A stretch of DNA of 64,000 nt from positions 16,669 to 80,668 of the forward strand of contig CAVZZH010000024.1 of the NCBI GenBank assembly GCA_963779695.1, in the 5' to 3' direction. The stretch's first letter is position 1; the number at the start of each line of letters is the position of its first letter. The translations under genes and the position numbers were made by a program. The notes under the pieces were generated by a model. The model was not told the origin of the DNA. It saw nothing but the letters and a program-made list of their open reading frames with translations, and made no database searches. The DNA comes from an uncultured Solirubrobacterales bacterium (GTDB taxonomy: Bacteria; Actinomycetota; Thermoleophilia; Solirubrobacterales; Solirubrobacteraceae). Shown here one piece after another: positions 46,696-56,379 of this stretch.

Positions 46696-48204
46696 CTAGC
46701 GGCGCTTCGGCGCTCGGCACGAGCCGTGCCGTGCGCTCCCGGGCGACACCGTGACGGTGACCCGGGACGCTCCGCGACAGGACGCGATGCGCAGCGTCGA
46801 GGCGCCGCGCTTTGACACCGCAACCCCGCCACTGACGGCGACACCGTAGCGCCCGCCGTACACGAGCGCCGGCGTCGCGATCTCGCTGATCGATCCCGCG
46901 GGGAAGCGCGAGCGCCGCCCAGCATGCGTCGTCGAGAAGCTCGCCTGGAACGTGCGCGAGGCTCGCGTGAAACTCCACCCGGTCGGCGTCCCGGCGACGA
47001 GCTGCGGATACGGCTCGACGAGCGCGCGGAGCGTCGGCAGCTCGAGGTTCGAGCCCACCGGGGGCTTCGATGGGTCGATGACGATCGCCTGCTTGGTCCC
47101 CGGGCCCGACGTCGTCGGGTCAGAGCAGCCGCAGTACGCCCATTCGAGCCACGGGACCATGAACCGATCGGCCCGAGCCACCATCTCCTGAAGGTACGGG
47201 ACATCGTTGGTCGCGCCGAACTCGGTCTCCATCACCGCATCATGGGTGCTCGTCGACCGCGCCACGGCGTGCGAGAAGACCGAATCGTCCGACGCCGTGC
47301 ACGCCGCCGACGGCCCGGTGTTCGACTCCGTGAGGCAGTAGTCATGGAAGGCGAACCCGGCGCGCGGGTCACCGATCGGGGCGAGGTTGGTGTTGGCGCC
47401 GTCGTTGAAGAGCACGTTCGGCTCGTACCAGACGAGCGTGCGGCGGTCGACGGTGCGAACGCGGGCGAAGACGCGCGAGTAGAACGCTTTGAGCTTGACG
47501 TCGAACGCCGGGCAGCCGGGGGTCAGGGCACACGGCTCCCAGGCGGTTCCCGGCCACGGCTCGTTGAAGATCTCGTAGCCGAGCACCGACGGCGTCCGCT
47601 TGAATGCTGTCGCGACGCGCGCCCAGGCGCCCGCGAAGCGATCCTCGAGTCCGACTCCGCCCGGCCCTGGTGCATTGGCCCAGAACTGGTCGAACGCGTG
47701 CTGAACGGCGGGATTGACAAGGTAGTTCGCCGGAAAGCCGGCCATGGGGAAATTCGGCAGGCCCCCGGCTTGGACGGCCCAGTCGGGCGCACCCTCGCCC
47801 TGGAACTGCTCGTTGTACATGTCCTGGTGAAAGTCGAGGAGCGACAGCACGCCGTGGCGCGCCAGCGTTCGCACCGTCTGCGCGATCTGGGCGACGTACG
47901 CACCGTTGTAGTGACCGGGCGAGGGCTCGAGCGCCTTCCAGATGACGCCGACGCGCACGGCGTTGAAGCCGATGTGGGCGAGGAACGCGGCATCATCGTC
48001 GCCGAACCCCGCCTTGGCCGGGTAGTACGGAGGCAGCTTGTAGACCATGTTGATTCCGTGCACGACCACCACCCGGCCCGAGCCGTCGGTGATCCACCGA
48101 CCGGCGTGGGACAGCGGCGGCGTCGGTGCAGCCTGGGCGATGCCGGCGGCGGCGAGCGTCGCGGTCACCCATCCGACCGCGACAGCACTGAGCGATCTCC
48201 TCAT
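46696..48204 (-). CDS. Secreted GH5 endoglycoceramidase-like hydrolase
   Basis: HGIN.V.K, GFNAVR, DFHQD, GEGAPDWA, YEIFNEP, TEFGA, C-terminal PYPQ.VAGTP domain. Confidence 0.9.
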   Translation of the reverse strand: MRRSLSAVAVGWVTATLAAAGIAQAAPTPPLSHAGRWITDGSGRVVVVHGINMVYKLPPYYPAKAGFGDDDAAFLAHIGFNAVRVGVIWKALEPSPGHYNGAYVAQIAQTVRTLARHGVLSLLDFHQDMYNEQFQGEGAPDWAVQAGGLPNFPMAGFPANYLVNPAVQHAFDQFWANAPGPGGVGLEDRFAGAWARVATAFKRTPSVLGYEIFNEPWPGTAWEPCALTPGCPAFDVKLKAFYSRVFARVRTVDRRTLVWYEPNVLFNDGANTNLAPIGDPRAGFAFHDYCLTESNTGPSAACTASDDSVFSHAVARSTSTHDAVMETEFGATNDVPYLQEMVARADRFMVPWLEWAYCGCSDPTTSGPGTKQAIVIDPSKPPVGSNLELPTLRALVEPYPQLVAGTPTGWSFTRASRTFQASFSTTHAGRRSRFPAGSISEIATPALVYGGRYGVAVSGGVAVSKRGASTLRIASCRGASRVTVTVSPGSARHGSCRAPKRR

Positions 48205-48219
48205 ACGCGGTCGTGGAGA

Positions 48220-49161
48220 CTACCCGCTCGGCGGCCGCGGGCTCCCCAGTAGCGGCCGGAGCGACGGCGTGCACGCGCACGCCGCGCCGCCCATCCGGGA
48301 GACGCCGGTGAGATCCTCGATGGCCTGAAGGGTCGAGTAGTGATCTACCGGTGTCGTCAGCCGCGCCCCGCGGCGCGCGAGACCACCGGCCAGGATCGTC
48401 ACGATGTGTCCCCCCGACGCGAGCCGGCAGCAGCCGTTGTCGCTCGATCCCTCGTCGAACGTGAGGACGAGCAGTCCCCGCGGCCCGAGGGCGCGCAGCA
48501 GCGGCGGCACCGCCGCACGCAGGAAGCGGTCGCCCACGGATGGATCGCAGTCATGCATGTCGTGGCAGAGGTTCGGCGTGATCCAACTGAGCGTCGGCAG
48601 GTGCCCGGCAAGCTCGTCGCGCGCGAGCTGCCGGAGCGGCACAACGTTGCGGCAGGCGTGCGGATCCCGCACGATCGCGCGGTAGTAGACGAACGGGTCG
48701 TGCTTCTTGGCGTAATTGCCGGCGCCGGCCCCGGTGAAGCACGGGTGGGGGAGATCCTCCATGTAGCCCTTCCAGGTGAGTCCCCTCGCCGTCAGCTGTC
48801 CGGCGATGCCACTTCCCGGGACGCTGCAGTCGGTGCAGTCGCTGTCGATCCCGAACGTCGAGCCGCCGGTCAGCGCCAGGTAGTTGGGCAGCGACGGGTG
48901 GCGAATCGCGTACATCTGCCGGGCGAGCGCGTATGTGCTTGCGAGCCGGTTGATGTACGGCGTCGAGGAGGATCCGAGGATGTCGCCGTACTCCTCGTTC
49001 TCCATCACGATGACCGCGATGTGACGCGCCCGGATCGAGATCCGTGGTGCCGGGCGGGTCTGCGCGGGAAGTTGCTTCGCGCTCGCACCGCAGCCGGACA
49101 GAGCGCCCGTCGCGACCAGTGCGAGCAGGGCAATCCGGGCCCGGGTGGACGGCGATGCCAT
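48220..49161 (-). CDS. Phosphoesterase-family (acid phosphatase/PLC-like) lipoprotein
   Basis: Lipobox LSGC; IVMENE, HPSLPNY.AL..G, KHDPF, PNLCHDMHD, TFDE, HYSTL. Confidence 0.9.
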   Translation of the reverse strand: MASPSTRARIALLALVATGALSGCGASAKQLPAQTRPAPRISIRARHIAVIVMENEEYGDILGSSSTPYINRLASTYALARQMYAIRHPSLPNYLALTGGSTFGIDSDCTDCSVPGSGIAGQLTARGLTWKGYMEDLPHPCFTGAGAGNYAKKHDPFVYYRAIVRDPHACRNVVPLRQLARDELAGHLPTLSWITPNLCHDMHDCDPSVGDRFLRAAVPPLLRALGPRGLLVLTFDEGSSDNGCCRLASGGHIVTILAGGLARRGARLTTPVDHYSTLQAIEDLTGVSRMGGAACACTPSLRPLLGSPRPPSG

Positions 49162-49425
49162 CGCGCGGATGATGCCATCGCCGTGCCTTTGCAGAGAGTT
49201 GCGTCGGCCAAACGCTGAGTTTCCTGCAGGTGGTTTGCCCTACGGTTCCTGGCGGACGACGCTGTAATCGGGGCGTGCTGGCGCGTTCCCGGGTTGGCAG
49301 CCTCGCCTGGCGCGCCCGCCCGCCGGCACACCCCCTTTTTTCTCAGTTTGGGCCGGCAGCATCTGTGAGCGGTCGGGCAACTCGCGTCCGCGTCCGCGTC
49401 CGCGCGCCCGCAACCACGCGCGTGC

Positions 49426-50088
49426 CTATCCGCGCGCGGACGGCCCGGGGCCGTAGGCGGCAAGGAACACGGCGACGCCCTCATGCGCGTGACGCGCGAG
49501 CTCATCCGGCGGCAGTGGGGCGTCAACGCCGAGCAGCATCGCTCGATTGAGCGGGATCGACATCACCAGCCAGTTGAAATGCGCCGCGGCGAGCAGTGCG
49601 TCATCGATGCGCAGCCTGCCCCGCCCGGCGAGTCGCTCGAACACCGACGCCAGTTCCGCCATCGTGCGACCGGGTCCGCGCTCATAGAACATCTGCCCGA
49701 GCGACGGGAACCGCGCCGCCTCGGCGGTCACCAGCCGCCGCAATTGCAGGATCCGCGGCTGCATGACCAGTTCCAGCTCACGCCGCGCGAGCCCCTCCAG
49801 ATCGGCCGCCAGATCACCGCTGTCCTGAAGCTCACGCACCGCCGCCGCTACCGTGTCGCTCGCCTCATTCACGGTGGCCGTGACGATCGCATTGAACAGC
49901 GCCTCCTTATCGGAGAACTGCTTGTACACCGTCTGCTTCGACACCCGGGCGACCCGGGCGATGTGCTCCATGCTCGTGCCGCGGTACCCGTTCTCCAGGA
50001 ACAGCGCGGTCGCCGCCTCCAGGATCGCCCGCCGCTTCCGCGCCGACCGGCCCTCATCGAGATCGATCACCGGCACCACCTCGCTCAT
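49426..50088 (-). CDS. TetR/AcrR family regulator
   Basis: ILEAATALFLENGY..TSM..IA..A.VSKQTVYKQF.DK HTH. Confidence 0.95.
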   Translation of the reverse strand: MSEVVPVIDLDEGRSARKRRAILEAATALFLENGYRGTSMEHIARVARVSKQTVYKQFSDKEALFNAIVTATVNEASDTVAAAVRELQDSGDLAADLEGLARRELELVMQPRILQLRRLVTAEAARFPSLGQMFYERGPGRTMAELASVFERLAGRGRLRIDDALLAAAHFNWLVMSIPLNRAMLLGVDAPLPPDELARHAHEGVAVFLAAYGPGPSARG

Positions 50089-50096
50089 GCCGCGAG

Positions 50097-50418
50097 AGTA
50101 CTAGACGGTCCAGTCCATGGGGTGGGTGGTGCTGCTGTGGCGCGAGGACCGCTGCCGCGCCATCCGATCAATCCGGCCGCGACGCGCGAAGTCTGTCGCG
50201 ATCTGGTGTCCACACGCCGGAACCGGATCCGGAAGTCCCGCGCTCCGCTCCGGCCCGAGACACAGATCACGATGGCGTCTGACCGTCGGGCGCCTCCGGT
50301 GATCATGGCATCGGGTCGGGCACCGGGCATCGAAGGCGCCAGCGGCCTCCGCAGACAAGCCGAACCGGCCAGTACTAGACGGTCCAGTCCACATTGCAGT
50401 ACCATACGGTCTAGTTCT
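50097..50418. promoter_or_regulatory. Three candidate TetR operators (ACTrGACnGTCyAGT palindrome)
   Basis: AGTACTAGACGGTCCAGTCCA is identical at 50097-50117 and 50371-50391; a degenerate copy lies at 50398-50418; between divergent tetR and DHFR-family genes. Confidence 0.75.
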
Positions 50419-50453
50419 AAAGCGGCCGACAAGATCGGGGCGGAAAGGATGGC

Positions 50454-51095
50454 GTGATGGCGAAGGTGGTGGTGACCAATCATGTGACGTTGGATGGGGT
50501 GATGCAGTCGCCGGGTGGGCGGGATGAGGACCCGCGGGACGACTTTCCGTTCGGTGGATGGGCGGCGGTCAATCAGGACTCGGTGATGGCGGAGGTGATG
50601 GGCCGGGGGATGGCATCGGGCGGCGCGCTGCTGTTTGGGCGGTGGACGTACGAGAGGATGTATGAGGTGTGGCATGGCCGGACCGACGGTAATCCGTTCA
50701 CCGAGGTGCTGGACAACGGGACGAAGTACGTCGCGTCGACGACGTTGAGCGAGCCGTTGCCGTGGCAGAACTCGGTCCTGCTCGCCGGCGATGTCTGTGA
50801 CGCGGTCGCCGAGCTGAAGGAGACGCGGCGCGGCAACCTGTCGATCCTCGGAAGCGGGAAACTCATTGCCACGCTGATGACGCGCAACCTGGTCGACGAG
50901 TGGGTCCTGCCGATTCATCCGGTTGTGCTCGGCACCGGCCAGCGACTGTTCGCCGACGGCGTCGCGCCGCAGTCGCTGCGACTGATCGACTCGACCGTCA
51001 CGACGAAGGGCGTCGTGATCGCCACCTACGAGACGATCGACGGCTCGCCGCCCCACGTGCGAGCAGCTGATGGAGCAGCCGCCGATGCCCGATAG
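50454..51095 (+). CDS. Dihydrofolate reductase / RibD C-terminal family protein
   Basis: TLDGVMQSPG, LLFGRWTYE, KYVASTTL, GSGKL, LVDE…HPVVLGTG.RLF. Confidence 0.93.
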   Translation: MMAKVVVTNHVTLDGVMQSPGGRDEDPRDDFPFGGWAAVNQDSVMAEVMGRGMASGGALLFGRWTYERMYEVWHGRTDGNPFTEVLDNGTKYVASTTLSEPLPWQNSVLLAGDVCDAVAELKETRRGNLSILGSGKLIATLMTRNLVDEWVLPIHPVVLGTGQRLFADGVAPQSLRLIDSTVTTKGVVIATYETIDGSPPHVRAADGAAADAR

Positions 51096-51951
51096 AGACC
51101 GGCCCGCGCCCCGCGTCCTGCTCGACGGCATCGCGTTCGGCGAGTCACCGCGGTGGCACGACGGACGGCTGTGGTTCTGCGACTGGGCCGCCGAGGAACT
51201 GATCGCCGTCGATCCCGACGGAGGGACCGAGCTGATCACGAACGTTCGGTCGTTCCCGTTCTCGATCGACTGGCTCCCCGACGGCCGCCTGCTGATCGTC
51301 TCCGCGCGCGACAACGCGCTGCTCACGCTCCGTGACGACGGCACGCTTGACACCTACGCCGACCTGAGCGTCCTCGGCGCCAACCCACCGAACAACGAAA
51401 TCGTGATCGACGCCCGCGGCCATGCGTTCGTCGACGGCGGCGGCTTCAACATGATGGCCGGCGAGTCACCTGCACCAGGCACGATCGCGGTCATCACCCC
51501 AGATGGGACCGCCCGTCAGGTCGCGGACGGCATCGCGTTCGGCAACGGGATGGCGATCACCGCGGACGGCTCGACACTGATCGTCGCCGAGTCCTACGGC
51601 CGCTGCTTGACCGCGTTCACGATCGCGCCGGACGGCAGCCTGTCCGACGGGCGGACCTGGGCGGAGCTCGGAGAGGGCACGCCGGACGGCATCTGCCTCG
51701 ATGCCGAGGGCGCGATCTGGTACGCCGATGTGCCGAACCGGCGCTGCGTCCGTGTCCGCGAGGGCGGCGAGGTGCTCGAGACGATCACCCACGATCGCGG
51801 TTGCTTTGCCTGCATGCTTGGCGGCGCGCACGGGACGACGCTGTTCATCGTCGCGCGGACGTGGGACGGCGTGGAGAGCACGCGCGACGGGGAGCGGACG
51901 GGCCAGCTCCTCGCGGTCGAGGTGGACGTGCCGCACGCAGGTCGCCCCTGA
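51070..51951 (+). CDS. SMP-30/gluconolactonase/LRE family protein
   Basis: FGESPRWHDGRLWF.D, NE, GNGMAIT, PDGICLDAEG. Confidence 0.93.
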   Translation: MEQPPMPDRDRPAPRVLLDGIAFGESPRWHDGRLWFCDWAAEELIAVDPDGGTELITNVRSFPFSIDWLPDGRLLIVSARDNALLTLRDDGTLDTYADLSVLGANPPNNEIVIDARGHAFVDGGGFNMMAGESPAPGTIAVITPDGTARQVADGIAFGNGMAITADGSTLIVAESYGRCLTAFTIAPDGSLSDGRTWAELGEGTPDGICLDAEGAIWYADVPNRRCVRVREGGEVLETITHDRGCFACMLGGAHGTTLFIVARTWDGVESTRDGERTGQLLAVEVDVPHAGRP

Positions 51952-52077
51952 CTGTCGGGCAGCGCCCCCACACTTGGGCGCCCCGCGCCGCCTGAGTGAC
52001 ACCGCGCACATGGGCAAATGTCACGCCGGCCGTCGCGGGTCGCGCGGGACGCTGGACCCGTGGACAACGTGGGGGCG

Positions 52078-53589
52078 ATGTTCAGTACGGGAACGTTGCG
52101 TGCCGAGACCGGGGCGTCCGGCGAGCGCACCGGGCCTGACGAGCGCATCGGGGTTGACGAGCGCATCGGGCTTGAGCGTGATCCGCTCGCGCTGACGCCG
52201 GCGCAGATGCGGGCGCTTGCCCACAGCACGGTCGATCTGATCGTCGATCACCTGGTCGATCCCGAGATGGTCGCGATGCGGCGGGGGACGCCGAGCGAAC
52301 TGAGCGACCGGATCGACGCGGCGATCCCCGAGCGACCCCGCCTGTGGAGCGAGCTCCTCGGCGAGCTTGACGCCGGGGTGCTGCAGCCGATGAGCCGACT
52401 CGCGCACCCACGCTACTTCGCGTTCATCCCGGCCTCGAGCACGTTCCCTGGGGCGCTCGGGGACCTGATCGCGAGCGCGCTCGACATAGACGCCGGCAGC
52501 TGGAGCTCGGCGGCCGGACCGAGTCATCTCGAATCGGTCGTGCTCGACTGGTTCAAGCAGTGGATCGGCTACCCGGCCGATGCCGGCGGCGTGCTCGTCA
52601 GCGGCGGCTCAGCGGCGAACGTGACCGGGCTCGCCTGTGCCCGGGAGACGCTCGTCGGCGCCGGCCGCGCCGATGCCGTTGTCTACGCCTCCGATCAGAC
52701 GCACTCCTCGGTCGTGCGGGCGGCCCGACTGCTCGGGTTCTCGCCCGAGCGGATCCGGAGCATCCCGACCGACTCCGGGTACCGGATGCGTCTCGACACC
52801 CTTTCCCGCGCGATCGCGGAGGACCGGCGCGCCGGCCGGCGGCCGCTGATTGTCGCCGCCAACGCGGGCGCGACGAACACCGGCGTGATCGATCCGCTCA
52901 CCGAGATCGCCGCGGTCTGCCGGGAACACGGGCTGTGGCTCCACGTCGATGCCGCGTACGGCGGATTCGCGGCGCTGACCGAGCGCGGCGCGTCGCTGCT
53001 GCGCGGAATCGAGCTCGCGGACTCGGTCACGCTCGATCCCCACAAGTGGCTGTATCAGCCGATCGAGTGTGGTTGCGTGCTCGTGCGTCGCCCCGGCCTG
53101 CTCGAGCGGGCGTTCTCGATCGCGCCCGACTACCTCGACGACTATCGCGGTGGCGAGATCGACTTCTGCGACCGCGGGCTTCAGCTCACGCGCGGGGCGC
53201 GGGCGCTCAAGGTGTGGCTGTCGCTCAGCTACTTCGGCGTCGACGCGTTCCGGGCGGCGATCGATCGCGCCCTCGACCTCGCCCGCGCCGCGCAGCGTCA
53301 GATCGAGCGCGAGTCGTCGCTGGAGCTCCTCAGCCCCGCGGTGCTCGGTGTCGTCTGCTTTCGGCGGCACCCGGGAGATGTCGACGACGAGGCGGTGCTC
53401 GAGCGCATGAACGCCGACCTCGTCGCGCGGTTCGAGGCATCCGGACGCGGCCTTGTCTCCTCGACTCGGCTCGACGGGCGCTACGCGATCCGCGTCTGCG
53501 TCATGAACCACACGAGCGGACCCAGCGACGTCAACGAGACGCTGGATTGGTTCGCCTCTGCGCTCGTCAGCGACTTGATCGCCTCATGA
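52078..53589 (+). CDS. PLP-dependent group II amino-acid decarboxylase
   Basis: HPRYFAFIP, VSGGSAAN, HSS, AGATNTG.IDPL, HVDAAYGG, DPHKWL; start uncertain. Confidence 0.93.
   Translation: MFSTGTLRAETGASGERTGPDERIGVDERIGLERDPLALTPAQMRALAHSTVDLIVDHLVDPEMVAMRRGTPSELSDRIDAAIPERPRLWSELLGELDAGVLQPMSRLAHPRYFAFIPASSTFPGALGDLIASALDIDAGSWSSAAGPSHLESVVLDWFKQWIGYPADAGGVLVSGGSAANVTGLACARETLVGAGRADAVVYASDQTHSSVVRAARLLGFSPERIRSIPTDSGYRMRLDTLSRAIAEDRRAGRRPLIVAANAGATNTGVIDPLTEIAAVCREHGLWLHVDAAYGGFAALTERGASLLRGIELADSVTLDPHKWLYQPIECGCVLVRRPGLLERAFSIAPDYLDDYRGGEIDFCDRGLQLTRGARALKVWLSLSYFGVDAFRAAIDRALDLARAAQRQIERESSLELLSPAVLGVVCFRRHPGDVDDEAVLERMNADLVARFEASGRGLVSSTRLDGRYAIRVCVMNHTSGPSDVNETLDWFASALVSDLIAS
52123..52176 (+). 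repeat. 3 x 18-bp in-frame tandem repeat (ERTGPD/ERIGVD/ERIGLE)
   Basis: GAGCGCAYCGGGNNTGAN, period 18. Confidence 0.8.
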
Positions 53590-54839
53590 GCCACCGAGCA
53601 GCGATCCTGGGTCGCGTGGCTCGGGTCAGCGGCGTCGGGTACCTCGAGACGGCGTTCGCGGCCTTCTCGATGGCCGAGTACGGCGCCTGGGTGGCGATCC
53701 TCGTCTACGCATATGAGCGCGGTGGGGCAACCGAGTCGGCGGTCGTCGCCGTCTGTCAGCTCGTCCCGGCTGCGTTCGTGGCGCCGGTCGCGGCGCGTGC
53801 CATCGACCGTCGCGGGGCGGCCACCGCGCTGCGTCGTGGCTACTGTGCCCAGGCGGGAGCGTACGGGGCAACGGCCGCCCTGCTGTTCGCGGAGGCACCC
53901 GCGGCGAGCGTCTACGCCACGGCGGTCATCGCCGCCAGCGCGGTGACCGCGACCCGGCCCGCGCACGCCGCGATGATCCCGCGGCTCGCGACCGAGAGCG
54001 AGTCGGTGACCGCGCTGACCGTGCTGTCAGGCTGGGTCGAGAGCGCGTCGGTGCTCGTCGGACCCGCGCTCGCCGGACTGCTCATCGCGATCGACGGGCC
54101 ACCTGCGGCGATCGGCTGCTTCGCGGGTGCGCTGACCATCGCCGCGCTGCTGATCACCCACGCCTTTGATGGCGAGCCCGCGACCGGCGCGACCGCGCCG
54201 CGTCGACGGCCTGGGGCCCCGCAGACCGTCGCCGCGTTGCTCAGAGACCATGGACGGCTCGTCCCGCTCGTGCTGCTCGTCGCGACGCAATACCTCGTCA
54301 TCGGCGCGCTCGACGTGCTGCTCGTCGTGCTCGCGATCTCCGAGCTCGGCCTCGGCGCCTCAGGGGCCGGCTACCTGACCGCCGCGTTCGGAGCCGGGGG
54401 GGTGATCGGGTCCGCAGGCGCGGTGTGGCTGATCGGCCGGCACCGGCTCGCGGGCCCGTTGAGCGTCGCCGCGCTCGCGTGGGGCACGGCGCTGGCGCTG
54501 CTCGGTGTGTGGCCAACCGTCGCGGGGGCGTTCCTGCTGCTCGCGGCGGCCGGCTCGGCTCGCAGCCTGCTCGACACCTCGGGTCGGACGATCCTCATCC
54601 GGGTTGCGCCGGATGCCGCCCGCGGCGAGGTGTTTGGCCTCCTCGAGGGGGCGTCGATGGTCGCGCTCGCGATTGGGTCAGGCCTCGTGCCGGTGTTCGT
54701 CGCGATCGGGGGGCCCCGCGTGGCGCTGATCGTCACCGGCGGGCTGCTGTGGGCGATCACGGTCACAGCGGGGGCCGCCGTCCACGCCGTCGATGGCGTG
54801 GAACCAAGCTACGCCGGGCAGCCGACGGGGGCGGGTTGA
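53586..54839 (+). CDS. MFS transporter
   Basis: ~12 hydrophobic segments, IDRRG loop motif; ATGA overlap with the decarboxylase. Confidence 0.88.
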   Translation: MSHRAAILGRVARVSGVGYLETAFAAFSMAEYGAWVAILVYAYERGGATESAVVAVCQLVPAAFVAPVAARAIDRRGAATALRRGYCAQAGAYGATAALLFAEAPAASVYATAVIAASAVTATRPAHAAMIPRLATESESVTALTVLSGWVESASVLVGPALAGLLIAIDGPPAAIGCFAGALTIAALLITHAFDGEPATGATAPRRRPGAPQTVAALLRDHGRLVPLVLLVATQYLVIGALDVLLVVLAISELGLGASGAGYLTAAFGAGGVIGSAGAVWLIGRHRLAGPLSVAALAWGTALALLGVWPTVAGAFLLLAAAGSARSLLDTSGRTILIRVAPDAARGEVFGLLEGASMVALAIGSGLVPVFVAIGGPRVALIVTGGLLWAITVTAGAAVHAVDGVEPSYAGQPTGAG

Positions 54840-54843
54840 TCGT

Positions 54844-55497
54844 CTAGCGACGCGTGCCTTGGGCCCAGAAGAACGGTGGCGAGGCTGCCCGCACGCTGAT
54901 CTGCCACCCGAGCGCGCGCAGCCGGCGCTCGAGCACCACGGGCTCATGCGGACTCTTGACGACGTTGAATTCGCTGCCGTCGCGGAGCCGGCGCCGAACC
55001 ATCTCGGACCCCTCACCGAACACGAGTTCATCCGCGGTCCGATACGCGTCATCGACGAAGAACACGCGCCCGTCTGGCCGCAGCGCGTCGGCCACGAGCT
55101 GCCAGAACGCCTCGAAGCGGTTCTCGGGGACGTGGGAGAGCCAGAAGCCGAAGAAGACGACGTCGTACATGCGCCCGGGACGCCAGCTGAAGATGTCGGC
55201 GGCGATGAAGCGGACCTCCGCCTCACCGACGCGGGCCGCGGCGCGCTCGAGCATCTCGGGCGACGCGTCGACCGCCGTCAGGCGGGTGGCGTGTCGAAGC
55301 AGCTGCGCCGTCCAGGTCCCGGGGCCGCAGGCGAGCTCGAGCACGTCGCCGGTCGGCGCGAATGCGTCAAGCGCATCGGCGAGATCGCCGCCCCAGGCGC
55401 CCTGGATCGCGTAGTCCTCGTACGTGCTGGCAATCGCACGGTAGTACGCCGCCTGCTCGCTCAGGACCGGGTCGCTCGGAAGGTGGCCATCAGTCAT
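54844..55497 (-). CDS. Class I SAM-dependent methyltransferase
   Basis: VLELACGPG.WT, VDAS.EML, YDVVFFGFWLSHVP, LRPDGRV. Confidence 0.92.
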   Translation of the reverse strand: MTDGHLPSDPVLSEQAAYYRAIASTYEDYAIQGAWGGDLADALDAFAPTGDVLELACGPGTWTAQLLRHATRLTAVDASPEMLERAAARVGEAEVRFIAADIFSWRPGRMYDVVFFGFWLSHVPENRFEAFWQLVADALRPDGRVFFVDDAYRTADELVFGEGSEMVRRRLRDGSEFNVVKSPHEPVVLERRLRALGWQISVRAASPPFFWAQGTRR

Positions 55498-55691
55498 CAC
55501 GCACACACAGGGTGCCAGGGTGTCAGCGGGGACGCGCCTCGTGGCAACCGTCACGACGTTCTCGCTCGATCCGCAGGAACTACGGCTGCGCCTGCACGGG
55601 ATTCCCGATGTGGACGGTGCGATCCCGAGATACGGTGAGCGCAAGCGCGGCATTGAGGCCGCGATATCTCACCTTCGGAGCGTGATTGCAA

Positions 55692-56360
55692 ATGAGGGCT
55701 GACGTCGTCGGTGCCGGTGGTAATGGCACGGGTGACGTCATCACGATCGTGTTGGCCGATGACCAGGCGATCGTGCGCGCGGCGCTCCGCTTCGTGGTCC
55801 AGGCCGAACCCGGCTTTACGCTCGTCGCGGAGGCGGCCGACCTGGCGGCGGCGACGCGCAAGGTCTTGGCCTACAAGCCCGATGTCCTCGTGCTCGATCT
55901 GCACATGCCAGACGGCTCGACGTACGCGGCGATTCCGACGATCCTTCGTGTCTCCCCGACGACGCGGATCGTGATCCTCACCATGGAGGATTCGCCGCAG
56001 GCCGCGCGTGAGGCGCTGCGTGCCGGCGCGGTCGGATTCGCGCTCAAGGAGGCGGCTGACACGGAGCTCGTCGAGGCGGTCCGCGCGGCCCACGCCGGCC
56101 ATGTGTACCTCGACCCCGAACTTGCCGGCCGGACCGTATGCGAGCCTGAGCTCGGTCCCGGCGAGGCGGAGGGGCTCTCTCCGCGGGAGCTCGAGGTGCT
56201 CAAGCTCGTCGCGCTCGGCTACACGAACCCGCAGATCGGGGACGAGCTCCATTTGAGCATCCGAACCGTCGAAGCCCATCGCTCACACCTCCAGCACAAG
56301 ATCCATCGCTGCACCCGCGCCGAGGTCAGCGCCTACGCGCGGGAGCAGTGTCTCGTCTGA
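55692..56360 (+). CDS. NarL/LuxR-family response regulator (orphan)
   Basis: VLADD, PDVLVLDLHMP, LTM, LK; LSPRELEVL..VALGYTN..I…LHLSIRTVE.HR. Confidence 0.95.
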   Translation: MRADVVGAGGNGTGDVITIVLADDQAIVRAALRFVVQAEPGFTLVAEAADLAAATRKVLAYKPDVLVLDLHMPDGSTYAAIPTILRVSPTTRIVILTMEDSPQAAREALRAGAVGFALKEAADTELVEAVRAAHAGHVYLDPELAGRTVCEPELGPGEAEGLSPRELEVLKLVALGYTNPQIGDELHLSIRTVEAHRSHLQHKIHRCTRAEVSAYAREQCLV

Positions 56361-56379
56361 GCTGCCGTCGCTCCGGCGC

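Noticed and set aside
49185-49300. c-di-GMP-I-like words on the minus strand (GGGCAAACC…GAAA…GACGCAA)
   Set aside because: Spacing and P2 pairing do not fit, and the P3/P1 consensus is missing. A Rfam scan would be needed.
49384-49404. (CGCGTC)n microsatellite between the TetR and phosphoesterase genes
   Set aside because: About three units in GC-rich intergenic DNA is not significant.
52560-53585. N-terminal extension of the MFS ORF (759 aa)
   Set aside because: It overlaps the decarboxylase in another frame. The true start is the ATG at 53586.
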